Positions 9,548 to 19,000 are shown, counted from the first letter of the stretch. The stretch is DNA of 64,000 nucleotides from Candidatus Binatia bacterium (GCA_965231775.1 OZ246888.1:785757-849756), one strand, 5' to 3'. The notes: a model not told the origin generated them from the sequence alone. Numbers and translations: made by a program.

Positions 9548-11293
9548 TTATCTTCCCTCTCCGGACAGGAAGGGTTTCTGCGGCCTTCCCGCCCGGCCTT
9601 CCCCGTGCCGTAGCAGCTCGCCCGAGTATCTCTCGGTCTGAGCGTCGTCCTGGATCGTCACCTCACCGTTTACGAGCACGTACCGGTAACCCCGCGCGCG
9701 CTGGATGCGCCGCCACTCGTTCCCCGGCAAGTCGTGGACGATCTCCGGCGGCAGGCACTCGAGCTGCTCGTAGTCGTAGACGACGATGTCGGCCGGCGCC
9801 CCTTCGACGAGCGTACCCCGCCCCCGGAAGCCTGCGACTTGCGCGGGCAATGCGCTTAACCGCCAGTGCGCATCCTCGAGCGTCGTCATCTCATGCTCAC
9901 GCACGATCTTCACCAACGTCTCGGTAGGATAGCGCCCGGCGGTCAAGAACTTGGTATGTGCGCCGCCATCGGAGACCCCGAAGAGCACGTACGGATCGTT
10001 GACGATCTCCTGCAAGTGCTCGAGCGATACGTTCGGGGGGGCCGCAAAGAACTCCGTTTCGAGCCCTTCTTCCACCGCCATATGGAGCATCACATCGACT
10101 GGGTGCTTACCCATCTCCTCGCCGGCGTGGCTGAGCGTGTAGTCCTTCCACCGACGGTTCCCGTCCGTTTTCGGCTCGGCAATCACGATCCCTGGCAAGG
10201 GACCGGTCACAACTCGTGGCAGCTTCTCCTTGAGCTGCTCGCGACGCTCCGGATCGCCGAGCTTGTGAAGGCGTTCCTCGAACGTTCCCGTGGTTGCCTC
10301 ACACCACGCATCCACGTCATCGAACAGGTTCCAATCCTTGAACGAGAAGCTATATCCTGCATCGGTGGTCAAGCCTTGGCCGACCACGCGAATACCGCGC
10401 TGGTAGCAGCTCTTGAGCCAATTCAGCGTGTTGCGGTGCATGTCCGGACGGTGGTCGATTGCTTGCACGACGTTCATGAGCACCGGGCGCCCGGAGAGCT
10501 CGGCAAGCTCCTCGAAGAACAACCGATCTCGGCTGTTGTCGCCCGAGATCAGCAGCATCTGAATGAAACCTTCGTTCCGCTTGCCAAGCACGCGGGCCAA
10601 CGCGCGGCACGTGTCATCGTGCATCACGTCGGTCACCATAGGCGTACCATCGAAATCCCGCTGCACCGCGGCGGGTCCGGTCGGCAACATGCGCTGCGCG
10701 GACCAGCCGCACGCGCCCGCATCGAGAGCCTCCTCAAGCGCCCGGCAGAGCCCGGCCTCCTCGGCAGCGCTGGGCGCCTTGCCCGCCTTTGCGGCATCGA
10801 ACCCGAGCACGGAGATCAACAACGGGCTGAGCGGCATATAAGGCAGGATGTTGATCGCCTTGTTGGCACGTTCCACGCTGTCGAGAAACTCGGGAAACGT
10901 CTCCCAGTCCCACGGCATGCCCGCCTTCATGGAATCCAAGGGGATGGCCTCCACGCGGGTCATCGATAGCATGGCGCGCTCGCGCATCTCCGGCGTAACG
11001 GGCGCGAAGCCAAAACCGCAGTTGCCGATCACGGCCGAGGTGATGCCATGCCATCCTGAGAGGGTGCAATAGGGATCCCAGAAGAGCTGGGCATCGTAGT
11101 GCGTGTGGAGATCGATAAACCCGGGCGCGACGTGCATGCCTTCGGCGTCGAGCACCTCTTGCGCATCGCTTGCATTCAGCTTACCGATCTCCGCGATATG
11201 CCCGTCGCGGACGCCTACGTCGGCCTTGTACCGGGGGGCCCGCGTCCCATCGAACACGATTCCGTCTTTGATGATCCGGTCGAACTGTGGCAT
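9548..11293 (-). CDS. N-acyl-D-amino-acid deacylase-like amidohydrolase
   Basis: PGFIDLHTHYD, GNCG, SDGGAH motifs; MPQFDRII start with AGGAGG RBS. Confidence 0.88.
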   Translation of the reverse strand: MPQFDRIIKDGIVFDGTRAPRYKADVGVRDGHIAEIGKLNASDAQEVLDAEGMHVAPGFIDLHTHYDAQLFWDPYCTLSGWHGITSAVIGNCGFGFAPVTPEMRERAMLSMTRVEAIPLDSMKAGMPWDWETFPEFLDSVERANKAINILPYMPLSPLLISVLGFDAAKAGKAPSAAEEAGLCRALEEALDAGACGWSAQRMLPTGPAAVQRDFDGTPMVTDVMHDDTCRALARVLGKRNEGFIQMLLISGDNSRDRLFFEELAELSGRPVLMNVVQAIDHRPDMHRNTLNWLKSCYQRGIRVVGQGLTTDAGYSFSFKDWNLFDDVDAWCEATTGTFEERLHKLGDPERREQLKEKLPRVVTGPLPGIVIAEPKTDGNRRWKDYTLSHAGEEMGKHPVDVMLHMAVEEGLETEFFAAPPNVSLEHLQEIVNDPYVLFGVSDGGAHTKFLTAGRYPTETLVKIVREHEMTTLEDAHWRLSALPAQVAGFRGRGTLVEGAPADIVVYDYEQLECLPPEIVHDLPGNEWRRIQRARGYRYVLVNGEVTIQDDAQTERYSGELLRHGEGRAGRPQKPFLSGEGR

Positions 11294-11360
11294 GGGGCCC
11301 TCCTGTTTCAAACGCGGGTTAGAGCGTGCTCATCGAGCAGCGGTCAGATCGATTCGGTGC

Positions 11361-12566
11361 TCAGGCCCCGACACTCAGGTCGGTTGGGATCGAAGTCAGA
11401 CGCTGACCGGTGTCGGGCAGGCTCGCCTCGTGCAATGGCGCCGGGTCGGCTTGCAGCACCGGCAGCACCTTCTCGGCGAACAGACGCACACTCGCCTCGG
11501 CTTTCTCGTAGGGCATACCGGAGTACTGCGGCACCAGGATGATCTCCTTGCAGCTGGTGGTCTCCTGGAGCAGGCGCATCTTGCGGATGATCTCCTCCGG
11601 AGTGCCGATGGGCTGGGTGTCGGCGCCGGAGTTGCCGGAGGCGCCCTGCAGGGGGGTAACAGCCTTTCCAGAGGCTGCGGCTGCCTTGGCGATCTCCAGG
11701 TACGCCTCGTAGCCCTTGACACCTTCGAAGTTGCTGGGGTCGCCAAGGCCGTAGTGCTGCGCGACCTCGACGCTGTACTGGTCGAAGTAGGCCTCGCCTA
11801 CGGCGATGTCCGCCGGGTCCTCGCTGCAGTACAGCCACAAGAGCACCGTCGCTTGGTTCGGCTCGTGGCCACCCTGCTGGAGCAAGGTGTTGTAAGTGCG
11901 TACCTTGCCGGCCATCTCGGCAAGTCCGCCGCCCGTCACGAAGAGCTGTCCGAGGCCGGCGCGGGCGGCCACCTCCATCGACGCCTCGGTGGTGAAGGCG
12001 CAGGCCATCCGAGCGAGCAGCGCCTCGGCGTCACGGGGCTGGGGCCGGATCGAGGCCTCGGGGATTTGGTAGTACTTCCCGTCGAAGGAGAAGCGCTCCT
12101 GGCTCAGCCCGAGCCGGATCACCTCCAACACCTCGTCGAAGCGGCCACGCGCCTCGTTGCGATCGATACCCAGTTCGGCGTACTCCGTCGGGGCGACTCC
12201 GCGGCCAACGCCCCAGGTATACTCCCGGCCCTCCAGCATGATGTCGAGCATCGCCGCCTTGGCCGCAAGCGTCACCGGGTGCCACCACGGCAGCACGCTG
12301 ACGCACGAGCCCAGCGCCACCCGCTCGGTCTCGCCGGCCCAGAAGGCCATCGACTGCATTACGTCGGGCCACATGGAGTACGGCGTGCCGAAGTGCTCTC
12401 CCACCCAGATCGAGTCGAAGCCCAACGGTTCAGCAAGTCGCCCCAGCGCGATCGTCTCCCCCATCACGTCTGCGTCCGACGGGCTGGGAGCGCGCGACCA
12501 ATCCGCCGCGTTCACCCGCTCCCAATCCGCCGATTGAAACGAACTAGTTACTATTCCGACTTTCAT
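11361..12566 (-). CDS. LLM-class (luciferase-like) flavin-dependent oxidoreductase
   Basis: LAEPLGFDSIWVGEHF, GVGRG, EARGRFDE motifs. Confidence 0.9.
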   Translation of the reverse strand: MKVGIVTSSFQSADWERVNAADWSRAPSPSDADVMGETIALGRLAEPLGFDSIWVGEHFGTPYSMWPDVMQSMAFWAGETERVALGSCVSVLPWWHPVTLAAKAAMLDIMLEGREYTWGVGRGVAPTEYAELGIDRNEARGRFDEVLEVIRLGLSQERFSFDGKYYQIPEASIRPQPRDAEALLARMACAFTTEASMEVAARAGLGQLFVTGGGLAEMAGKVRTYNTLLQQGGHEPNQATVLLWLYCSEDPADIAVGEAYFDQYSVEVAQHYGLGDPSNFEGVKGYEAYLEIAKAAAASGKAVTPLQGASGNSGADTQPIGTPEEIIRKMRLLQETTSCKEIILVPQYSGMPYEKAEASVRLFAEKVLPVLQADPAPLHEASLPDTGQRLTSIPTDLSVGA

Positions 12567-12627
12567 AACACTCCTTAGGGCAGTTGCACTGCTATTGAAC
12601 TAAAAACCTTTAACTATGACTCACAGT

Positions 12628-12655
12628 AATATATCTATACTATAAGTATTGTCAA
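12628..12655 (-). promoter_or_regulatory. Sigma70-type promoter for the LLM/deacylase genes
   Basis: Minus strand TTGACA-16 bp-TATATT in an AT-rich patch; the spacer holds a TATA-G-TATA inverted repeat (possible operator). Confidence 0.6.
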
Positions 12656-12968
12656 TAGCCTTCGGAGGTTGGTTCTTGCTTACCTGTTTCAAGCTGCCGG
12701 ACGAGTTGTGCGCGAAGAAGCGGTTAGATGTCCTGTCGGGTGCGGTAGTCGACCGTGGTGTGGATGAACCGGTAGCCGACCGATGATCGATTCCTTGAGG
12801 GCGCTTGGCCGCGGCCGCTGCGTTCGGGGTTGTCACGTAGCGTGCGATATGGGCCCTCCGGTGACGAGGGGTGAATTGTGGAGGACCCGCAGCCTCACTC
12901 GGCGGGCTCACCTCTCCAGTGGACCACCCGCCCCACCGCCCCAGGGATAACGTCCTGGGTCGTCACAT

Positions 12969-13577
12969 CTAGTCGTGAGCGCGCAGGATGTCGCGGAACA
13001 CGTCAGCAACTGTCTCCATGACGGCGACCCGGTCGGGTTCGGTCCCGAGCATGAACAGCTTCGACATGTAGGAGTCGATCAATGAGATCAGCATGAGAGC
13101 GCGGCGGCGGGTCTCGGTCGGGGAGAAGCGAGCTTGCCACAGTGCAGCGTTGCGTGTGAAGGCGACAACATAGCGGTCCGCGTACTCCTTGTATCCGTAT
13201 TCTAATGCTTCGGTGCTGCCTTTCCTCGCGGCCTGATGGAGCGGCCTGTCCTGTTCCCAACGTGTGAGCACCGAGTCGGTCAGCCAACCGAGGATGCTCC
13301 CTCGGTCCCAGTTGGCGAGGTCGCCAAACTCTCCATACATCTCCTCCCCCCTATCCCAGAGCGATCGGGTGATCTCCTCTACAATCGCTTCTTTCGTGTC
13401 GAAATAGGAGTACACCGTCGCTCTACTGGCGCCCGCGGCCTTGGCGAGGTCGTCGATCGAGGTGGCGTTGAACCCCTTCGCCCCGATCAGGTCGGCAGCA
13501 ACTGCCAGCAGGTGGTTGTGTGTCTGCTCCCGCTGCCGCTCACGCAGCGACACGGGCTTACCGGGTCTGTCATCCAT
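12969..13577 (-). CDS. TetR/AcrR family transcriptional regulator (probably leaderless)
   Basis: GFNATSIDDLAKAAGASRATVYSYFDTKEA HTH; no SD, TAGACT hexamer 6 nt before the ATG. Confidence 0.93.
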   Translation of the reverse strand: MDDRPGKPVSLRERQREQTHNHLLAVAADLIGAKGFNATSIDDLAKAAGASRATVYSYFDTKEAIVEEITRSLWDRGEEMYGEFGDLANWDRGSILGWLTDSVLTRWEQDRPLHQAARKGSTEALEYGYKEYADRYVVAFTRNAALWQARFSPTETRRRALMLISLIDSYMSKLFMLGTEPDRVAVMETVADVFRDILRAHD

Positions 13578-13642
13578 ACATCTAGTCTACTGTCTGTCAT
13601 CCATCTAGTCTACTGTCCGTCATCCATACATCTAGTCTACTG
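13567..13642. repeat. Three imperfect tandem repeats (27/23/26 bp) spanning the TetR start
   Basis: ctgtcatccatacatctagtctactgt / ctgtcatccatctagtctactgt / ccgtcatccatacatctagtctactg. Confidence 0.92.
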
Positions 13643-13806
13643 ATTGGATGATGGTGCCCGAGGCGCGCGATGCCGGCCCAACCACATGAATTTGATTCTT
13701 TAAGACCAATAAGAATATCGTAAGACTGTTGACTGGACTCTCAGTCCAAACTAAGATCGGCGAGTCACGCTGGAGCGTGAAAGCAATGAGAGGTGCTGAC
13801 AGTGTG

Positions 13807-14030
13807 ATGTCGATATACGAGCAATTGAAAGACAAGATGGACTTCGGGCTGGATCTCAATCTCGAGGAGATCCAGCCCGAAGTACAAGGAGGAGCGCTAC
13901 TCGTATGCGCCCGAAATCAAGGAGCATGCCCAGCGCATCGGCAGGCACTTCGATCTTTACAAGGACAGGCTGTTCCATACCTGGATCACTGAAATGCGGT
14001 GGAACGAGGAAGCATCACACTGGGTGGTGG
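13807..14030 (+). pseudogene. Baeyer-Villiger monooxygenase (FAD/NADPH) remnant with frameshift and internal deletion
   Basis: MSIYEQLKDKMDFGLDLNLEEIQ, then shifted KYKEERYSYAPEIKEHAQRIGRHFDLYKDRLFHTWITEMRWNEEASHWVV, resembling the BVMO segment Y..APEILEH..RIG.HFDLY..ALF. Confidence 0.7.
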
Positions 14031-14101
14031 CGGCGGGCCCCTCGGCAAGCCAAATTCATCCATGCTGATCAGCGTCCATCCGCGCAACTTTAGGAGTTCA
14101 A

Positions 14102-15013
14102 ATGCCGCTCACACCCGAATCTGCCGCTCTACTCGAGGCTACCAAGGAGGCCATGCCGCTCCCGTTGAGCGGCCTGCCGGTCCAGACCCTGCGCGAGCTG
14201 ATGAAGAGGACCGCCATCCCGTCGACCACCGAAATCTTCGAGTGGGTCGACGTGCAGGCTCCGACTCGAGCCGACTCGGTGACCGTACGGGTGTACCGTC
14301 CCAGCGAGGCGATCGACCTGCCGGTGCTGATGTACCTGCACGGTAGCGGCTTCGCAATTGGTGACCTCGACATGCACGACGAGTACCTGCGTAACCTTGC
14401 CAACGCGGCCGGCGTCGTGGTCGCCTCGGTCGACTACCGGCTCGCTCCTGAGCATCCGTACCCTGCTGGGCTCAACGACTGCATCGACGTCTGGAGCTGG
14501 CTCCAGACCGGTCCTGCCGAAATGCCCGGCGACGTGAGCCGGCTCGGCGTCGGCGGCGATAGCGCCGGCGGCGCACTGTCGTTCGCCTTGGCGCTGCGTG
14601 CCCGCGACGAAGGGAACCGGGTGCCTAAGGTCGTGTTGACCGCGTACGGCACCACCGAGATGCGCATCTCCAATCCTGAACTGGGCACGGAGGGCCTCCT
14701 GATCAACGAGGATTGTGACTGGTTCTGGGACATGTACACGTCCGATCCGGCTCAGCGCGCCGAGCCGTACTGCAACGTTGCCCAGGCAACCGACTTGTCG
14801 GGTCTCGGGGCTAATCTGGTGATCACCGCCGAGTACGACCCGACCCGGGACGCTACCGAAGAGTACGCACGGCGCCTCGATGCGGCCGGCAACACGGTCG
14901 AGCTGACGCGCTACGACGGCGTGTTGCACGGATTCTTCACGATGCTCGCAGGGCTGCCCGAAGCCCGCCGAGCGCTTGACCAAACCGTGGCTTTTCTGAA
15001 GGAGCACCTGTGA
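14102..15013 (+). CDS. Hormone-sensitive-lipase family alpha/beta hydrolase (esterase)
   Basis: HGSGF oxyanion (HGGG variant), VDYRLAPEHPYPA, GDSAGG nucleophile, EYDP and HGF triad residues. Confidence 0.93.
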   Translation: MPLTPESAALLEATKEAMPLPLSGLPVQTLRELMKRTAIPSTTEIFEWVDVQAPTRADSVTVRVYRPSEAIDLPVLMYLHGSGFAIGDLDMHDEYLRNLANAAGVVVASVDYRLAPEHPYPAGLNDCIDVWSWLQTGPAEMPGDVSRLGVGGDSAGGALSFALALRARDEGNRVPKVVLTAYGTTEMRISNPELGTEGLLINEDCDWFWDMYTSDPAQRAEPYCNVAQATDLSGLGANLVITAEYDPTRDATEEYARRLDAAGNTVELTRYDGVLHGFFTMLAGLPEARRALDQTVAFLKEHL

Positions 15014-15189
15014 CCTGAACACCGGCGGGTAGTCGATACCCATGGGCGCAGCCAAGCTTGGCATGATGGTGCTAACGCCGGCAACCCCATGGTGCATTTT
15101 CCGGTACGTGAGGTATAAATGACGCTATCAAGCACACAAGCGATGCGCGTTGGGCGTGTTGCAATCTGGTGCCTAGGAGGGGAGATACC

Positions 15190-15480
15190 ATGGCTTGCCA
15201 AGTCTTATTAGAAGCCCGTGTAAAAGATGGTTGCTTAGACGAAATTAAGAAGAAGTTTGTCGAAATTTTACCTGATACTCGTAGTTTCGATGGGTGTATC
15301 TACATTTACGTCACGCAAGATCTCGACGATCCCGCGAAGATAATATTTGTTGAGTTGTGGGAAAGTAGAAGCCACTACGAGAAATATTTGGAGTGGCGCA
15401 CGCAGCGGGGCGATATGGATAAGATGGCTGAAATGATGGAGAACCCGTCATGGTCCTTCCTCGAAAACATGGGCGTCTAA
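15190..15480 (+). CDS. Antibiotic biosynthesis monooxygenase (ABM) domain protein
   Basis: TRSFDGC...QDLDDP...VELWESRSHYEKYLEWR; GGAG RBS; visibly lower GC than neighbours. Confidence 0.8.
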   Translation: MACQVLLEARVKDGCLDEIKKKFVEILPDTRSFDGCIYIYVTQDLDDPAKIIFVELWESRSHYEKYLEWRTQRGDMDKMAEMMENPSWSFLENMGV

Positions 15481-15628
15481 TACAAATTTCTTATTCGTTA
15501 TCTCTGCGCCAACCGAGTACTCGAAGCCGCCGGTGGAGATCGACGAGTGATCACTAGCCGTTCGACAACAGGCTTAGCGGGTGCGCACGCGTTCCTGCTT
15601 GCTTCTCCCGATGAGAAAGGACGAGGAC

Positions 15629-16609
15629 ATGAACAAACGAGCCCGAACGCTTACACCCGAGGAGATCGAGACCTACCGCCGTGACGGTGTGGTCTGCCTT
15701 CGCGGTGCCCTCAGCCATGAGTGGGTGGCAGTGGTAAGGGAGGCCGTCGAGGACGCAGAGCGCCGCTACCGCCAATCACCGAGCGATAGGGCCACCATCG
15801 CCGAGTTGTTGGACGAAGACAGTGAGTGGCTCCCCTTAGAACGATCTCCAGGCGAGGGCCAGCCCGAGCCGACACTGGAACACTCGCACCTTCACGCCCT
15901 TAATCAGCTCGGCGAGGTACTCGAAGAGCAGGGCGCCGAGGTGCTCCGCGAAGGCAAATCCGGCAACGCCGACGGACAGTTCATCCTCGTCAACAACGCC
16001 ATACTCGACTACCCGGCCGTCCAGCGTCTCGCGCGCGAGAGCCCCCTCGCCGAGCTGGCCGCCCAGCTGTTCGGCTCGGACAAGGTGAACTTCTTGTTCG
16101 ACCAGATCTTCATCAAACAACCGGGCGCCAGCACCCGGACCGCATTCCACCAGGACTGGGGCTACTTCCACGTCGACGGTGAGCAGGTGGCATCGTTTTG
16201 GACCGCGGCCGAACCCGTCGCGAAGGAGACCGGTGGCATGGGATACGTCCGCGGGTCACACTTATGGGACCTGCACGCCCCCAACGTGTTCGTCGGTCAG
16301 GCCGTCTTGAGCGACCACGGGCTTCCCTCGTTGCCGGACATCGAGGGCAACGAGGACAACTACGACATCGTCTACTTCGACGTCGAACCCGGCGACGTGA
16401 TCGTCCACAACTATCGCCTCGTCCACGGCGCCCGCGGCAACACGTCGCTCGATCGCCCGCGGCGGGCCGTCTCCCTGCGTTTCGCGGGAGACGACGCCAC
16501 CTCGCTGCTCCGTCCGAGCGCACCGCCGGAGTTCCCCACCGACCCGACTCTCCAGGACGGAGACCCCCTCGATAGCAAGACCTACCCGGTCGTGTGGCGA
16601 CGATCGTGA
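15629..16609 (+). CDS. Phytanoyl-CoA dioxygenase (PhyH)-family Fe(II)/2OG dioxygenase
   Basis: EIETYRRDGVVCLRG, TAFHQD (HxD), VHGARGN...RR distal His/Arg. Start moved to MNKRART (GAGG RBS). Confidence 0.88.
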   Translation: MNKRARTLTPEEIETYRRDGVVCLRGALSHEWVAVVREAVEDAERRYRQSPSDRATIAELLDEDSEWLPLERSPGEGQPEPTLEHSHLHALNQLGEVLEEQGAEVLREGKSGNADGQFILVNNAILDYPAVQRLARESPLAELAAQLFGSDKVNFLFDQIFIKQPGASTRTAFHQDWGYFHVDGEQVASFWTAAEPVAKETGGMGYVRGSHLWDLHAPNVFVGQAVLSDHGLPSLPDIEGNEDNYDIVYFDVEPGDVIVHNYRLVHGARGNTSLDRPRRAVSLRFAGDDATSLLRPSAPPEFPTDPTLQDGDPLDSKTYPVVWRRS

Positions 16610-16622
16610 AGCCACCAACGCA

Positions 16623-16844
16623 TTGACGGGTGCCTTTCTCACCTTCCCCGCCTATGGATTTCAAACGTTAGCCGTGGGAATGACCTGGGCAATGACAGAA
16701 AACTGGGATATCTCGCTGGCATTTGAGCGGGCCTTTCCTATCTCTGTGAAAACGTGTACCAGCAACATCGATGCTTTCCATGGCAGCTCTCAAGAAGACC
16801 ATAACCAGTATTCTACTCAGCTCCAACTCGGCTGGTATTTTTAG
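16623..16844 (+). pseudogene. C-terminal remnant of an outer-membrane beta-barrel (FadL/OmpP1-like)
   Basis: Alternating beta-strand pattern (LAVGMTWAMTENWDISLAFERAF) ending QLQLGWYF* with terminal Phe; no upstream body. Confidence 0.45.
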
Positions 16845-16864
16845 CACTCTGAGGTTGGAGTGCC

Positions 16865-17944
16865 CTATGGTGACGAATCAACCTCCACCATCCAGCCGTG
16901 TCGGTCGGGCTTCAGGCCGCGCTGGATGGCGGACAACTCGTCAAACAGGCGTTGGGACAGCGGGCCGACCTGGCCGTCATTGACGACAATACGCTCGTCT
17001 TTGTACGACAGCTCGCTGACCGGCGAGATGACGGCCGCGGTTCCGGCCCCAAACACCTCGCGCAACAGTCCCTCCCGCGCCGCAGTCAGGACTTCGCTGA
17101 TGGTAATGGGTCGCTCTGCCACCTGCATCCCAAAGTCCTGGGCGAGTTGGAGCACGGAGGCCCGGGTCACGCCTGCAAGAATAGTCCCGGTGACCGGTGG
17201 GGTGACGAGTTCATCCCCGAGCACAAAGGCGATATTCATGGAGCCGACTTCTTCGATGTATTGCTGTTCGACGCCGTCGAGCCATAATACTTGGGCAAAA
17301 CCGTCCTTATGGGCTTCTTCGCCGGCGAACAAACTGCCGGCATAATTCCCCGCCGTTTTCGCAGCTCCGGTTCCACCCCGCACGGCCCGCACATAGCGGT
17401 CTTCCACCCGTATCCGCAGCGGCTTGAAGCCTTCGGCATAATAGGCGGCGACCGGCGAGAGAATAATAAAGAACCGGTAGGTGTGAGACGGTCGCACCCG
17501 CAGGTCGGGGTCGCACGCAAAAGCAACCGGCCGGATATACAGGGAGGTGCCGGGCGCACGCGGCACCCAGTCCTGATCCAGTTTGACCAACTGCTTGAGC
17601 GCCGAGAGAAAGAGGTCCGGGTCAATCGGCGGGATGCACAGCCGGACGGCAGAGCGATTAAAGCGGGCGATATTGCGCTCCGGACGAAAGAGTAGAATGG
17701 TGTCGTCCGGCGAACGATATGCCTTGAGGCCTTCAAAGATGGCCTGGGCATAATGCAGGCCGACGGTGGCCGGTTCCAGCGACAGGGGCCCGTACGGGAC
17801 GATACGCGGGTTGGACCAACCCGTATCGGCCACGCCGTCCAGGAGAAACATATGATCGCTAAAGACCTGGCCAAACCCGAGCGCGTCGTCGTGCGGTTTG
17901 GGCTTGGGCCGAGTGCTATGGGTGACAGGGATACGCATATTCAT
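16865..17944 (-). CDS. ilvE: Branched-chain amino acid aminotransferase
   Basis: LHYAQAIFEGLKAY, AKTAGNYA (PLP Lys), EEVGSMN, ILAGVTR, FGAGTAAVISPV. Confidence 0.95.
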   Translation of the reverse strand: MNMRIPVTHSTRPKPKPHDDALGFGQVFSDHMFLLDGVADTGWSNPRIVPYGPLSLEPATVGLHYAQAIFEGLKAYRSPDDTILLFRPERNIARFNRSAVRLCIPPIDPDLFLSALKQLVKLDQDWVPRAPGTSLYIRPVAFACDPDLRVRPSHTYRFFIILSPVAAYYAEGFKPLRIRVEDRYVRAVRGGTGAAKTAGNYAGSLFAGEEAHKDGFAQVLWLDGVEQQYIEEVGSMNIAFVLGDELVTPPVTGTILAGVTRASVLQLAQDFGMQVAERPITISEVLTAAREGLLREVFGAGTAAVISPVSELSYKDERIVVNDGQVGPLSQRLFDELSAIQRGLKPDRHGWMVEVDSSP

Positions 17945-18074
17945 GGTAACTCTCTGCGGAAGGTCGGAGTGTAACAGAGATGAGAGGGCTATCGAAGCAG
18001 GCTCGCGCATTGACTTCGGCTTGCTCGACAGGCTAGGGTCGGTGCCTGTTTGATGCCGCTACCAAGGAGGACGC

Positions 18075-18629
18075 ATGGCTCGTATTCCCTATCCCAATGT
18101 TGAAGACTTACCCGAAAAGGTCCGCGTCGCGGCGGAGAAGCTCCCCCCGCTCAATATCATGAAGATGTTCCTGAACGCGCCGACGAACGCCCTGCCGCTG
18201 TTGTCTTTTGGCCAGTCCATTTTGACGAAACAGGAGCTGGACGCTCATCTGCGTGAGCTGGCCATCCTGCGGGTGGCACATCTGACCGGGGCCAACTATG
18301 AGTGGACCCAGCATGTGCCCATCGCCAAGGAGACGGGGGTTACGGACGCTCAGGTAGAAGCCCTTCCGCACGGCGCTGACGGGGCCGGCGCAGACGCTTT
18401 CAACGAAGTGGAAAAGCGGGTGCTCCGTTTTACCGATGAGGTCACGCAGAATGTCAAAGCGTCGGCTGAGACCTTTGCGGCCTTGGAGAAGGATTTGGGA
18501 CCGCGGCAGATGGTCGAACTGGCCCTGGCCATTGGTTTCTATGGCATGGTGGCGCGGGTGATGGAATCGTTCGAGGTTGAACTGGAACCCACGGCCGGGA
18601 CGTATTCGATCGCTCAGCTCCGGCGCTGA
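18075..18629 (+). CDS. Carboxymuconolactone decarboxylase (CMD/AhpD-like) family protein
   Basis: LRELAILRVAHLTGANYEWTQH motif; AAGGAGG RBS. Confidence 0.88.
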   Translation: MARIPYPNVEDLPEKVRVAAEKLPPLNIMKMFLNAPTNALPLLSFGQSILTKQELDAHLRELAILRVAHLTGANYEWTQHVPIAKETGVTDAQVEALPHGADGAGADAFNEVEKRVLRFTDEVTQNVKASAETFAALEKDLGPRQMVELALAIGFYGMVARVMESFEVELEPTAGTYSIAQLRR

Positions 18630-18631
18630 GC

Positions 18632-19000
18632 TCAGTCGGTCGCGTAAATCCGGGGGACTTTCCAGCGCTCGAAGAAACCAGGCTTGGGCTTCTCGTCTGC
18701 CTTGAGGTCCGCGACATGGGCATCGATGTCCCGGTACAGCCGGGCAACATCAATCCCGTGTGAGCTGGGACGAAAGTCCTCAAGCCGCATGAGGGCCTGG
18801 GTCAACAGGTTGATCGCGCCCTGGGAGCCGCCCCGGTTGAAACGCATGTGGAGGCCGGTGGCCAGGCGAATCAGGGCTTCGTAAAATGTTTTGTCCGCCG
18901 TGTCGGCTTCATGCCAAGCCTCTTCGAGCACCTGGTGACTGTCAAAGTATTCCCGACGGTTAAAAAGCCGAACGGCCTGCTTGAGCTTTGGCTGCATCAC
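18632..19000 (-). CDS. DUF309 domain protein
   Basis: AVRLFNRREYFDSHQVLEEAW matches the DUF309 LFN..EYF..HEVLE..W pattern. Confidence 0.8.
   Translation of the reverse strand: MMQPKLKQAVRLFNRREYFDSHQVLEEAWHEADTADKTFYEALIRLATGLHMRFNRGGSQGAINLLTQALMRLEDFRPSSHGIDVARLYRDIDAHVADLKADEKPKPGFFERWKVPRIYATD

Larger units (their letters stand above)
215..16864. mobile_element. Putative decayed genomic island of catabolic genes between convergent permease and ilvE
   Basis: Integrase remnant at the left end, IS1 remnant, several gene fragments, visibly mosaic base composition. No att sites identified. Confidence 0.4.

Noticed and set aside
9866-12578. Long plus-strand ORFs 9866-10969 and 11103-12578
   Set aside because: Antisense shadows of high-GC genes (stop-poor reverse frames), no motifs. 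The same applies to 14129-15097, 36046-37230, 48557-50032 and 59110-60297.
12661-12968. 300-bp spacer between the LLM promoter and the TetR stop as an ncRNA or ORF
   Set aside because: No recognisable RNA motif or coding signal by eye; would need an Infernal search.
14102-15013. HGSG instead of HGGG in the esterase as a novelty
   Set aside because: Variation at this oxyanion motif is known in HSL-family esterases, and the triad is intact.
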